Assembly: GCA_035288465.1 (NCBI GenBank)
Contig: DATEAH010000001.1
Coordinates: 4,739-68,738, forward strand
DNA length: 64,000 bases
From: Patescibacteria group bacterium
GTDB taxonomy: Bacteria > Patescibacteriota > UBA1384 > DATEAH01
Direction: 5' to 3'
The notes under the pieces were generated by a model. The model saw nothing but the letters and a program-made list of their open reading frames with translations, had not been told where the DNA came from and did no database searches. Shown in pieces: positions 8,921 through 19,773 of this stretch. Each line of letters opens with the position of its first letter. Within the stretch, counting starts at the first letter, position 1. The translations under genes were made by a program, and so were the position numbers.

Positions 8921-10180
8921 ATGGAAATAAAATCAGAAAAATTACCCAACAGCCAAGTTAAACTGCAAATTACTTTATCGACTAAAGAATTTGCGCCTTT
9001 TTCCGAACAAGCATTTTTGAGATTATCAGATTCGACCGACTTGAAGGGGTTTCGTCCCGGGAAAGCGCCTCAAAATTTAATTCGCGCTAAAATTGGTGAA
9101 GATAAAATTTTTCAAGAAGCTTTGGAAATTTGTTTACCAAAAACATATTTTGAAGCGGTGAAAAAAGAAAAATTAACGCCAGTTTCTGATCCGGAAATCA
9201 AAATTGACAAATATGATGAAGGTAAACCCTTAGCATACACCGCGATTGTGGATATTATTTCGGAATTTAAATTGCCAGATTATAAAAAGATTAAAATTAC
9301 TAAAAAAACCGTGAAGGTTGGCGAAAAAGAACTTCAAAAATCACTTGAAGATTTGCAAAAATCATATGCCGAATACGAACATAAAAAGGATTCAGCCCAA
9401 AAAGGTGACAAAATTGAAATTAATTTTGACGGATATTTAAAAAGCGTCAAAGTTGAACAATTAGCCAGTAAAAACCATCCCTTGATTTTGGGGCAAGGTG
9501 GCTTTATCCCGGGTTTTGAAGATAAATTAGTCGGTGCGAAAAAGGGGGAGACTCGTGAATTTGAACTGAAAATGCCGACTAAATTACGGGACCAAATATT
9601 GGCGGGAAAAACTATAAATTTTAAAGTGACGATAAATGAAGTTTGGGATGTAGTTTTACCACAAATTGATGAAAAATTTGCCCAAAAAGTTGCCAAAAAA
9701 CCATTGGTGGAAATGAAAAAGGAATTATTGGCATCGCTTAAAAAACGCACCGAGCTCGAGGTAGATCGGGCTGCACAACAAGAAGTGGTGACTAAAATTG
9801 CCGAAAAAACCGAAATTGAAATTCCGCGAAGTTTGGTGGAAAAAGAACAGCTTCACGAAATGCATCATTTGCGAGAAGATATTGAATCTAAAGGTTTAAA
9901 CTTTGCTGATTATTTATCAAGCATTGGCAAAAAGGAATCTGAATTAGTGAGCGAATTAGAAAAGCAAGCACAGCAAAGAATCAAAATTAGTCTAATTTTG
10001 GCGAAAATTCGAGATATTGAAAAAATTAAAGTGAGCCAAAAAGATGTTGATCGCGAATGGGAAATTCTGTCGCGATCCGGATATAAAACTGAAGACGAAG
10101 AACCAGCCAAAGCGCAAATTGAAAGACATTTGGAAACTGCCAATGTTTTGAATTTTTTGGTTGATTTAGCTTCAAAATAA
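8921..10180 (+). CDS. tig: Trigger factor
   Basis: GFRPGKAP motif in the N-terminal domain. Central FKBP-like and C-terminal domains. Immediately upstream of clpP, as in many bacteria. Confidence 0.9.
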   Translation: MEIKSEKLPNSQVKLQITLSTKEFAPFSEQAFLRLSDSTDLKGFRPGKAPQNLIRAKIGEDKIFQEALEICLPKTYFEAVKKEKLTPVSDPEIKIDKYDEGKPLAYTAIVDIISEFKLPDYKKIKITKKTVKVGEKELQKSLEDLQKSYAEYEHKKDSAQKGDKIEINFDGYLKSVKVEQLASKNHPLILGQGGFIPGFEDKLVGAKKGETREFELKMPTKLRDQILAGKTINFKVTINEVWDVVLPQIDEKFAQKVAKKPLVEMKKELLASLKKRTELEVDRAAQQEVVTKIAEKTEIEIPRSLVEKEQLHEMHHLREDIESKGLNFADYLSSIGKKESELVSELEKQAQQRIKISLILAKIRDIEKIKVSQKDVDREWEILSRSGYKTEDEEPAKAQIERHLETANVLNFLVDLASK

Positions 10181-10273
10181 TGGTATAATATAATTAATGT
10201 CAAAGCTCAAAGCTCAAAGTTTAAATGCCAAATGGATTTTAAATTTAAAAATTTAAATTTTTCGGGAGGAAGA

Positions 10274-10867
10274 ATGGATAAAAAAAGAATTACAAATCAG
10301 CTCGTGCCGATGGTGATTGAAAAATCAGCCTATGGCGAAAGAGCTTTTGATATTTTTTCCAGGCTTTTGAAAGACCGCGTCATTTTTTTGGGCGGTCCAA
10401 TTGATGATAATGTCGGTAATTTGATTATTGCCCAATTGTTATTTTTGGAAGCCGAAGATCCCAAAAAAGACATTCAGTTGTATATTAATTCGCCAGGCGG
10501 GGTGGCAACCGCAGGTTTGGCAATCTATGATACGATGCAGTATATCAAACCTGACGTTTCCACAATTTGTATTGGTCAAGCCGCCTCGGCAGCTTCAATT
10601 TTGTTGGCGGCGGGTGCCAAAGGAAAAAGATTTGCTTTACCATCATCTCGGATTATGATGCATCAAGTGATGGGTGGCACCGAAGGACCAGCCAAGGATA
10701 TTGAAATTCGCACTCGGGAAATTTTGCGTGTCAAAGAAGCGGTAAACAAAATTTTGGAAAAGCATACCGGGCAACCTTTTGCGAAAATTGAAAAAGATAC
10801 TGATCGCGATTTCTTCTTGGATGCCAAAGAAGCCAAAGATTATGGCGTGATTGACAAGATTTTCTAA
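10274..10867 (+). CDS. clpP: ATP-dependent Clp protease proteolytic subunit
   Basis: ClpP signature GGPIDD...[19 protein letters not shown]...IGQAASAAS...IMMHQ. RBS gggagga at 10264-10270 and ATG at 10274. The track's upstream start at 10232 is probably an over-extension. Confidence 0.9.
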   Translation: MDKKRITNQLVPMVIEKSAYGERAFDIFSRLLKDRVIFLGGPIDDNVGNLIIAQLLFLEAEDPKKDIQLYINSPGGVATAGLAIYDTMQYIKPDVSTICIGQAASAASILLAAGAKGKRFALPSSRIMMHQVMGGTEGPAKDIEIRTREILRVKEAVNKILEKHTGQPFAKIEKDTDRDFFLDAKEAKDYGVIDKIF

Positions 10868-10906
10868 ATTGATATTTATTAGTTCAATAATATCCAGAAA
10901 TAGGGC

Positions 10907-10935
10907 TTGACAGCCAGTTTTATCTGTATTACAAT
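10907..10935 (+). promoter_or_regulatory. Sigma70-type promoter upstream of 16S rRNA (TTGACA-17-TACAAT)
   Basis: TTGACA at 10907-10912, a 17-nt spacer, TACAAT at 10930-10935. Confidence 0.55.
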
Positions 10936-11145
10936 GAATGCAGATAGGAGGCTGTAAAGATTAAAGCATAAAATTTAATCTTAGCCACGAAGGGTGGATC
11001 CGTCGTTGACGGAAAATTTCAAATCTGCTATTATCAGCCTTGGCAGATTTTTCTTGACTTTAGTTCTTTAACAGTTAGGAAATGATAAGAAGCAGCGTTA
11101 TGTACAAAATACCCTACTCGAGGGTTTAATTTCGAGTAATAAAAT

Positions 11146-12621
<1,476 letters not shown>

Positions 12622-12699
12622 TAGGGAGAAATCCCCCGCCTCTTTGGCGGGAGATACGGTCGTTCTGCTTTCTTATCATCTCCTAACTGCGAAAGAGCC

Positions 12700-12730
12700 A
12701 AATCCCAAACTAATTTGGGATTTTTTATTT
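12700..12730 (+). terminator. Rho-independent terminator after 16S
   Basis: Hairpin aatcccaaa-cta-atttgggatt followed by a T-run. Confidence 0.5.
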
Positions 12731-12876
12731 TGACTAAACAATTTTTCTGGTATAATAGAAATAGATTAAATTAAAATCCGTCAAGAGGTGGGAAGAGCTA
12801 ATAATTTAACAAATTATTAAGTTTTATTATTTATTGAAGTAAACTTATCAAATTTATCAGAACTGAGGAGGGGAAT

Positions 12877-13272
12877 TTGGAAAATAGCCAAACCATTCAA
12901 GCAGGTTTTGGCCTTTGGTCGTGGTATATTTTTTCAATTAAAAGCCTATTTAGTAATATCAAGCTAATTGTTCTCAAAACATTAGATTATTTTTCGGTCA
13001 CGATTTTGTTAAAAACGCTTTTTTATCCTTGGCGGCGAGATGTGATGACGACCCGAAATTTGCCGATCAATATTAGGTTTCGCGTGATGATTTTTAATTT
13101 ATTATCTCGGCTAATTGGTGCTTGTGTCAGGTTGGTGACAATTTTTATTGGCCTAATAATCACCTTTTTAGTATATATTTTAGGAGCGGCCACAATCGTT
13201 GTTTGGATATTAATGCCAATGTTGGTGTTGGCAGGTTTTATAATTGGAATTTCTAAAATTTTAACTGGGTAA
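12877..13272 (+). CDS. Hypothetical membrane protein, 131 aa
   Basis: Multiple hydrophobic helices. RBS gaggagg just upstream. TTG start. Confidence 0.45.
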   Translation: MENSQTIQAGFGLWSWYIFSIKSLFSNIKLIVLKTLDYFSVTILLKTLFYPWRRDVMTTRNLPINIRFRVMIFNLLSRLIGACVRLVTIFIGLIITFLVYILGAATIVVWILMPMLVLAGFIIGISKILTG

Positions 13273-13274
13273 AA

Positions 13275-15803
13275 ATGCCAAATTATTTATTTAATCCTGA
13301 AAAATCTAAAATTTTTCAAACTGCAAAAATTGAAAAACTATATCATCAATTTTATATCAAAATAATTCAGGTGTTAGTATGGGTTTTAATGTTTTTGGGA
13401 ATTGTGATTTGGATTTTGAATTTATTAGAACTATATGAATTTAATAATCGTATTTTGGGATTAGCATTGGCAATAATTTCTACGGGGGTTTTTCTAATAA
13501 TTTTGGATAGCTATTTCAATTTCCTTTTTAAATTTTCAAATTCGAATTTGGCAAAAATTAAGAGTATGGAATCAGTGAATTGGGCAGATTTTATCGATTT
13601 AGAAGTGGCACAAATTGTAAATGCGGCCGAAAAAATTGCCTCCAAGGCCAAAAATCATAACTTGACCACTCTTGGAATTTTTTTGGGAAGTTTAAAAAAT
13701 CGTAAAATTTCATATTTGCTCGCCAGGGCTGGTATTAATTTGAAAAATTTTCAAAATGAATTTCAAGCATCCGTGGCATATTCACAATCGAGTGAAATGG
13801 AAAATAAAAGCCATATTTTGTCTTTATGGTTGGAAGCGGCAAATTTTGCCATCAGCCAAAGACATACTCGAATTCAAGTTGGAGATCTTTTTTATGCCCT
13901 AACCAAGACTGAAGCATTTTTGCAAAAAATTATGTTTACTTTAGATTTGAAAATTGAAGATATGGCGAATTTGGTCCACTGGCAAAATTTGGTTTTTCAA
14001 CGTTTTGAAAATCAACGTCGCTTTTTTTCACCTGATTATTTTGAAAAAACCGGTGGTATTGGTCGCGAATGGTCATATGGCTATACGCCAAATTTAAATT
14101 TAATTAGTTTTGATATTACCTCCCAAATTCAAAAAACCGGTTCAAATTTACATATGGTTGGTCATCAACTTGAAATTGAAGAAATGGAAAGGATTTTATC
14201 CCGTTCGGGTAAAAATAATATTTTATTGGTCGGCGAGCCCGGGGTTGGTAAAAATACGATTGTTTTAGGGTTTGCAAAACGGATTTGTCAGAATCGAGCT
14301 TTAAAATCATTAAGGTATAAAAAAATTTTTAAATTAGACATGGGCAGATTGTTAGCGGGTGAGCCAGCGGAAATTGAAGCAAAATTGGTGACAGCATTAA
14401 ACGAAGCGGTGGCGGCTGGGGATATTATCTTATTTATTGAAAATATCGAAACTTTATTCGGTGGTGGTGAGTCCAAAATTGGGGCAATTGATGCTTCGGA
14501 AATATTAGCACCATATTTAGGTTCCACGGCGTTACAATTGATCGGGACATGCAGCTATCGAGATTATCACCAGTTTGTTGAAGCTAAGCCCATAATTGCT
14601 GGCGGTTTTGAAAAAATTGAAGTCGCCGAACCTAATGAAATCACCACGATTAAAATTTTAGAAGAAGTCACACCTTTTATTGAAGGGCAGTATCAAATTT
14701 TTACTTCATATCAAGCGTTGCGTGAAATTGTAAAATTAGCAAAAAGATATTTGACCGATAAGCCATTTCCGGAAAAAGCAATTGATTTATTGGATGAGGT
14801 TGCGGTTTATGTGTCTTCGAAAACCACAGATAAGTTAGTTCAGCCTGTTCATGTGCAAAAAATTGTGGCAGATAAGACTAAAATTCCAACTGAGCAAGTG
14901 CAAGCGGCCGAAAAAGAGAAATTATTAAACTTAGAGCAATTTTTGCATCAACGAGTTATTGGTCAAAATGAAGCCGTTAAAGCTATTTCTGAGGCGATGA
15001 GAAGGGCTAGAACTGGCTTAAAATCTGAGAAAAAACCAATCGGTTCATTTTTATTTTTGGGTCCGACCGGGGTGGGTAAAACCGAAACTGCCAAAGCCTT
15101 AGCGGAGAGCTTTTTTGGGTCAGAAAATTCGATGTCCAGATTAGATATGTCAGAATTCAAAATGCATGAAGCTTTGGACCGTTTAGTCGGAACGCCAAAT
15201 AGTGGAGAAGGAGTCTTGACGGCTAAAATTAAAGAAAATCCATACTGTTTATTGCTTTTAGACGAAATCGAAAAAGCCCATCCTGATGTTTTAAATTTAT
15301 TTTTACAAGTTTTAGATGAAGGACAATTAACCGATAGGTTAGGCAGAAAGGTTAATTTTACGAATACAATTATTATTGCGACTTCAAACGCCGGTGCGGA
15401 GCTAATTCGAGAAAATATTAAAGTTCGAACTGACCCGTCTGTTTTGAAAGAAAAATTGTTGGAATATTTACAACACGGGGGCATTTTTAGACCAGAATTT
15501 TTGAATCGTTTTGATGACGTAATTTCCTTCAAGCCCTTGGAGATTTCGGAAATCCAGCAAGTTTGCCAATTGATTTTAGTTAAATTAGCCAAAAGGCTCA
15601 AAGATGAAAAAGAGATTGTGTTAGGGGTCGCTCCGGACGCGGTTGCCAAATTAGCCCAATTAGGCTATGATCCAGAAATGGGGGCGAGGCCAATGCAGCG
15701 GGTGATTGCTGATAAAGTTGAAAATTGGCTTGCAGAAAGATTGCTGAGAGGCGAAATTATTAAGGGCCAAAAAGTCATCTTTCGACTCAATGATATTGCT
15801 TGA
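13275..15803 (+). CDS. Membrane-anchored ClpC/ClpB-like double-AAA+ ATPase with an apparently degenerate first nucleotide-binding domain
   Basis: N-terminus has 2 predicted TM helices, followed by two Clp_N repeats. NBD1 reads GEPGVGKNT (Walker A Thr replaced by Asn) and IILFIENIE (Walker B DE replaced by EN). NBD2 is canonical: GPTGVGKTETAKALA, LLLLDEIEKAHPDV, ATSNAG. Confidence 0.85.
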   Translation: MPNYLFNPEKSKIFQTAKIEKLYHQFYIKIIQVLVWVLMFLGIVIWILNLLELYEFNNRILGLALAIISTGVFLIILDSYFNFLFKFSNSNLAKIKSMESVNWADFIDLEVAQIVNAAEKIASKAKNHNLTTLGIFLGSLKNRKISYLLARAGINLKNFQNEFQASVAYSQSSEMENKSHILSLWLEAANFAISQRHTRIQVGDLFYALTKTEAFLQKIMFTLDLKIEDMANLVHWQNLVFQRFENQRRFFSPDYFEKTGGIGREWSYGYTPNLNLISFDITSQIQKTGSNLHMVGHQLEIEEMERILSRSGKNNILLVGEPGVGKNTIVLGFAKRICQNRALKSLRYKKIFKLDMGRLLAGEPAEIEAKLVTALNEAVAAGDIILFIENIETLFGGGESKIGAIDASEILAPYLGSTALQLIGTCSYRDYHQFVEAKPIIAGGFEKIEVAEPNEITTIKILEEVTPFIEGQYQIFTSYQALREIVKLAKRYLTDKPFPEKAIDLLDEVAVYVSSKTTDKLVQPVHVQKIVADKTKIPTEQVQAAEKEKLLNLEQFLHQRVIGQNEAVKAISEAMRRARTGLKSEKKPIGSFLFLGPTGVGKTETAKALAESFFGSENSMSRLDMSEFKMHEALDRLVGTPNSGEGVLTAKIKENPYCLLLLDEIEKAHPDVLNLFLQVLDEGQLTDRLGRKVNFTNTIIIATSNAGAELIRENIKVRTDPSVLKEKLLEYLQHGGIFRPEFLNRFDDVISFKPLEISEIQQVCQLILVKLAKRLKDEKEIVLGVAPDAVAKLAQLGYDPEMGARPMQRVIADKVENWLAERLLRGEIIKGQKVIFRLNDIA

Positions 15804-15833
15804 TTATCGGGAAAATTTAGAGTATAATAGGTT
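15799..15833 (+). promoter_or_regulatory. Putative promoter for tRNA-Ile (TTGATT-17-TATAAT)
   Basis: ttgatt ... tataat with a 17-nt spacer just upstream of the tRNA. Confidence 0.35.
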
Positions 15834-15879
15834 GGAATTTAATAATTTTACATTTTGATTTTTAACTTTTGATTTTTTT

Positions 15880-15954
15880 GGGCGATTAGCTCAGTGGTAG
15901 AGCGCATCTCTGATAAAGATGAGGTCGATGGTTCGATCCCATCATCGCCCACCA
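15880..15954 (+). tRNA. tRNA-Ile (anticodon GAT), CCA encoded
   Basis: GGGCGAT acceptor, D-arm GCTCAGTGGTAGAGC, anticodon loop CTGATAA, T-arm GGTTCGATCC, 3' ATCGCCCACCA. Manual fold gives the cloverleaf. Confidence 0.9.
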
Positions 15955-16020
15955 TTCGACAAGCTCATGGCTTTCAGCCAGGAGATAGAAGAATGCCCTG
16001 AGTTTATCGAAGGGCAATTC

Positions 16021-16266
16021 ATGAAATACTTTACTTATATTTTACTTTGCGAGAACAATAAATATTACGTTGGTCATACTAATAATCTAGAAAATCGCTT
16101 CGAATATCATTTAAAGAAATCTGGAGCTAAGTTTACATCACAAAATAAACCTAAAAAATTTGTCTGGTCACAAGAATTTAGTAAAGAAATTGATGCTATC
16201 AGACGAGAAAAACAGATTAAAGGATGGTCAAGAGTAAAGAAAGATAAACTAATTTCAGGAATTTAG
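16021..16266 (+). CDS. GIY-YIG nuclease family protein (small, UPF0213/YhbQ-like)
   Basis: MKYFTYILLCENNKYYVGHTNNLENRFEYH fits the GIY-x10-YVG...R...H motif. ATG at 16021 preferred over the track's upstream start, which overlaps the tRNA. Confidence 0.7.
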   Translation: MKYFTYILLCENNKYYVGHTNNLENRFEYHLKKSGAKFTSQNKPKKFVWSQEFSKEIDAIRREKQIKGWSRVKKDKLISGI

Positions 16267-16274
16267 AAATAATT

Positions 16275-16742
16275 ATGATTGCAACTCCACATATGATTGT
16301 CGGGGCAGTCCTCGGCGATCTGATCCAAAATTTACCCTTGGCATTTTTGGCGGGATTTGTCTCGCATTTTGTTTTTGACGCGATTCCTCATTTTGAATCA
16401 ACCGCATTTTTGCCAACTAGTCAGCGTAAAAATTATCCTTTAAGCCGAAGAGCAGCGATTCTTGAATTTTTTGAAGTGATTTTTGGCGCAACATTAGTGA
16501 TACTTTTTTATTTAAAAGTTCATCATCTATCGGTGGTAATTGCGGCGGTGGCGGCGGTTTTGCCTGATTGGGATAAATTTCCACTTATTGGCGAGAAACT
16601 AAAAAATGTTTGGGGTTTTCGGCAATTTCATAATTTTCATGAGTCTATTCATATTCAACTTAAACCTAAATACTGGATTTTCACCTTCCCAGTTTATATA
16701 ATTATAATAGGAATAGCAATTTGGGCGTGGTTTTATAAATGA
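16275..16742 (+). CDS. Membrane protein, possible DUF457/YdjM-like metal-dependent hydrolase
   Basis: Hydrophobic helices with His/Asp motifs (HFVFDAIPH, HNFHESIH). Confidence 0.4.
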   Translation: MIATPHMIVGAVLGDLIQNLPLAFLAGFVSHFVFDAIPHFESTAFLPTSQRKNYPLSRRAAILEFFEVIFGATLVILFYLKVHHLSVVIAAVAAVLPDWDKFPLIGEKLKNVWGFRQFHNFHESIHIQLKPKYWIFTFPVYIIIIGIAIWAWFYK

Positions 16743-16969
16743 TTATTTTAAAGATTTTAATTTTTGTGTTAGCGTCGATTATTGGACTTTGTTTTTTGGT
16801 ATATGCTGAACCTTTGGTGCGGACTTTTGGAAAGGCTGAGTGGGCAGAAAGACGTTTTGGGACGATGGGTGGTTCGTATTTAGTCTGGAAATTAGCTGGT
16901 ATATTAATAATTGTTTTAGGATTTTTATTTCTAATGGGCGGTTTGGATTGGTTAATTTTCCCAAAATAA
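16739..16969 (+). CDS. Small hypothetical membrane protein, 76 aa
   Basis: Two hydrophobic helices. Overlaps the previous stop by 4 nt. Confidence 0.4.
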   Translation: MIILKILIFVLASIIGLCFLVYAEPLVRTFGKAEWAERRFGTMGGSYLVWKLAGILIIVLGFLFLMGGLDWLIFPK

Positions 16970-16973
16970 ATAA

Positions 16974-17047
16974 GGGGCTATAGTTTAATGGTAAAACGGC
17001 GGTTTTGCATACCGCGGATGGCAGTTCGATTCTGCCTAGCTCCACCA
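16974..17047 (+). tRNA. tRNA-Ala (anticodon TGC) with the G3:U70 identity pair, CCA encoded
   Basis: Acceptor GGGGCTA/TAGCTCC gives the G3-U70 wobble. Anticodon stem GCGGT/ACCGC with loop TTTGCAT. T-arm GGCAGTTCGATTCTGCC. Confidence 0.9.
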
Positions 17048-17085
17048 AAGTTTATTTACAGCGGAATTCCCCCCACACCCCCCTT

Positions 17086-17270
17086 CCGCCTCGCCCGAGC
17101 CGAAGCGAAGCCCCGCCGCCCTGCTCGTTCAGAGCAGAGTCCCGCAAAAAAGTTTTCTTTTCCTTTTAGAAGAAAAAAATCGCGCGCCAAATAAAAAAAT
17201 GCGAAGAAAACTTTTTTGCGGAACAGCGAGCGAAGCAAGCGGCGGCGAAGCGGAGCGAATTAGTTGGGAT
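17086..17270. repeat. GC-rich inverted-repeat element (~75 nt arms, ~35 nt spacer) immediately 3' of tRNA-Ala
   Basis: Arm A 17086-17160 and the reverse complement of 17196-17270 share cccgcaaaaaagttttctt exactly plus flanking gccgcc/gctcg segments. Internal hairpin ctgctcgttcagagcag. Confidence 0.5.
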
Positions 17271-17560
17271 TTTGTTCAAAATGAGTTCTGACTTTTTCCA
17301 ACAAACACCAAATTGACAGGTTGGGGGTTTCCGTCATGGCTCGGCGCCATGCCGAGACAGACGAGTCCCCTCGCCTTCAGCCATATTTTTTGTAGTACCA
17401 GCATTAATTCAAATTCCTGTTTTATCGTCTATATTATTGTTTGCCACAAGATTATTCTTAACCGTTGCTCTGGTCGGAGTTAAAAAAACCGAATTTGTAA
17501 ACAAGGGATAGAATAATCACAGGAAATAGTAAATAATTATGTAACTTAGAAGGGCAAGAA

Positions 17561-17824
17561 ATGAACTTAATAATTGGTATCGTTTTAGTGGTCATCGGTT
17601 TTGCACTAAACCAGTGGATATCACATTCTTTGAGTAAAGATGCATTGTCAAGACCTATGTTTTTGAACTACCCAGCAAGCATACTTATTTCTACTATTGT
17701 ATATATCACCATATATGTTATTGGATTGTTTTTTCTTTATAAGGTTTCGATATGGGTACCAGTTGTCTTGATAATATTGTTTCTGCTCTTAATAGTATCT
17801 AATTTATTTAAAAAGGTTAAATAG
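17561..17824 (+). CDS. Small hypothetical membrane protein, 87 aa
   Basis: Three hydrophobic helices. Confidence 0.4.
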   Translation: MNLIIGIVLVVIGFALNQWISHSLSKDALSRPMFLNYPASILISTIVYITIYVIGLFFLYKVSIWVPVVLIILFLLLIVSNLFKKVK

Positions 17825-17962
17825 AAAACCGTGATTAAAGAATCTGCTCCAAAAAAGAATTGAATATCTTGACTAAAATTAGAGAGAGGAATTCCCAGCC
17901 AATGACTGATCCGCCTTTGGCGGAGAATTTGTTCGGATCCACATAAAAATTGAAGAGGAATC

Positions 17963-19000
17963 ATGATGAATTATAAAAAACCAAAAAAATTGAAACAAGG
18001 TGATACTGTGGCAATCGTGTCTCCGTCTTGGGGAGGTCCAAGCGTTTTCCCTGATATTTATGAAAATGGTCTTAAGGTTTTGCGCGAATGGAATTTGAAA
18101 ATTAAAGAATTTCCAACGACCAGAATGGATCCCGATTCTTTAAGGGCAAATCCGCGGGTTCGTGCGAAGGATATTAATGAAGCATTCGCGGACCCGGAAA
18201 TTAAGGCTATTTTTGCTTCGATTGGCGGCGACGATTCTATACGAATTTTGCCCTTTTTGGATAAAAATATTATAGTTAATAATCCAAAAATCTTGATGGG
18301 GTATTCGGATACTTCAACGCTCCATGTATTTTTAAGCTTGCAGAGTCTTGTAAGTTTTTATGGATTAACAATTATGGCTGGTTTTTCGCAGATGGAAAGT
18401 CTGCCCGAAAGTTTAAAATCTCATGTTCATGAGATGCTTTTTAAGCCAAAAGACGGTTATGAATATAAAGCTTATGGAGAATATTGCGATGGTTATCCTA
18501 ATTGGTCGAATGAAAAAAATCTCGGAAAAGTGAATCCAATAAAAAAAGATGATGGTTGGCATTGGCTGCAAGGAAATAAAAAAGTTCAAGGTAAATTATT
18601 CGGTGGTTGTTTTGAGATTTTAGAAATGATGAAGGCAACCGATTTTTGGCCATCGCGAGATTTTTGGAAAGAAAAAATATTTTTTCTTGAAACTTCCGAG
18701 TCGAAACCGACAATCGACAACATTGATACTGAATTGAGAAATTATGGAATGTTAGGAGTATTTAATGAAATAAACGGGTTAATTTTTGGTCGAGCAAGAG
18801 ATTATTCGCAAGATGAGAAAAAAGAGCTGGAAGAAAAAATAATTTCTATTGCAAAAGAGTTTAATAAACCAGATTTACCAATTGTGGCTAACTTCGATGT
18901 TGGTCATACCGATCCTCAATTAGTGTTGCCGCTTGGGGTAAAGGTTGAAATCGATTGTCAAAATAAAAAAATAGGATTGAAGGAATCATGGTTAGAATAA
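17963..19000 (+). CDS. ldcA: LD-carboxypeptidase (peptidase S66, LdcA/MccF family)
   Basis: GDTVAIVSPSWGG ... ILMGYSDTSTLH ... GHTD motifs fit the S66 family Ser/His arrangement. Confidence 0.7.
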   Translation: MMNYKKPKKLKQGDTVAIVSPSWGGPSVFPDIYENGLKVLREWNLKIKEFPTTRMDPDSLRANPRVRAKDINEAFADPEIKAIFASIGGDDSIRILPFLDKNIIVNNPKILMGYSDTSTLHVFLSLQSLVSFYGLTIMAGFSQMESLPESLKSHVHEMLFKPKDGYEYKAYGEYCDGYPNWSNEKNLGKVNPIKKDDGWHWLQGNKKVQGKLFGGCFEILEMMKATDFWPSRDFWKEKIFFLETSESKPTIDNIDTELRNYGMLGVFNEINGLIFGRARDYSQDEKKELEEKIISIAKEFNKPDLPIVANFDVGHTDPQLVLPLGVKVEIDCQNKKIGLKESWLE

Positions 19001-19029
19001 AATTTGTTGATAAATTAAAGGAATAAATC

Positions 19030-19614
19030 ATGATTAAAAATAATCTTTTTGAAAAAAGCGAAAAATTTAAAGCAGATGCAGATAAGATTTTAAAAGAATC
19101 TGATTTGATTAATTTTCTTTCAAAATACGGTAAGGTAAAACCAGTTGGCGCTTATCATTTTGATATTATGATGAGAGGAGATATTGATTTTCATATATTT
19201 ATGGAAAAAGTTGATAAAGAAAAAGTTATTGATGCCTTGAATAAACTGATTGGGCAAGGATATTTTCAGGCATATATGTTTGACGATTTTGTGAAGTATT
19301 CACGACTAATTAAAAACTCTAACGATCAGTTTCCATATGGTTATTATTTAGGGTTAATTGTTATCCCAAAAGGTTATGATAAGAGATGGAAAATTGACAT
19401 TTGGTTTATTGAGAAAGACAGCCTTTCTGGCAAAAAATATTATCAGCTTTTGAAGAATAATCTCAACGAAGAAAATAAAAAACTGATTTTAGAGCTTAAG
19501 GATTACAAAATAAAAAATAAATTAGATTTTCCCAGCACGATTATTTATGACGCGGTTTTGGTTAAGGGTATAAAAAATATAAATGGATTTATAGAATATA
19601 TTAAAGATCTTTAG
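19030..19614 (+). CDS. Nucleotidyltransferase-fold protein (GrpB/ANT-like), function unknown
   Basis: VGAYHFDIMMRGDIDFHIF fits the minimal NTase motif G-x(9-13)-DhD. Confidence 0.4.
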   Translation: MIKNNLFEKSEKFKADADKILKESDLINFLSKYGKVKPVGAYHFDIMMRGDIDFHIFMEKVDKEKVIDALNKLIGQGYFQAYMFDDFVKYSRLIKNSNDQFPYGYYLGLIVIPKGYDKRWKIDIWFIEKDSLSGKKYYQLLKNNLNEENKKLILELKDYKIKNKLDFPSTIIYDAVLVKGIKNINGFIEYIKDL

Positions 19615-19773
19615 GGTAGGTTGGAGATTTAGGGTGGGAAATAAACTTCGAAAATGTTTATATATTTCCCACCTTTTTATTTTTAATAGAATTATTTTCT
19701 CTTGACAACTAAAACCCACGTGCTACGATAAATTTAAAGGTCGATACTATCAATTTCATTTTAGAGGTCTAAA

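Noticed and set aside
10232-10273. Upstream start for clpP at 10232
   Set aside because: A good RBS, gggagga, lies immediately before the internal ATG at 10274, and the ClpP family N-terminus aligns from there. The extension spans a simple-repeat spacer.
14963-15649. 228-aa antisense ORF inside the ClpC-like gene, and similar antisense ORFs inside murD, radA, glyQS, the PBPs and others
   Set aside because: They are entirely contained in the opposite strand of well-supported genes, with low-complexity translations and no motifs.
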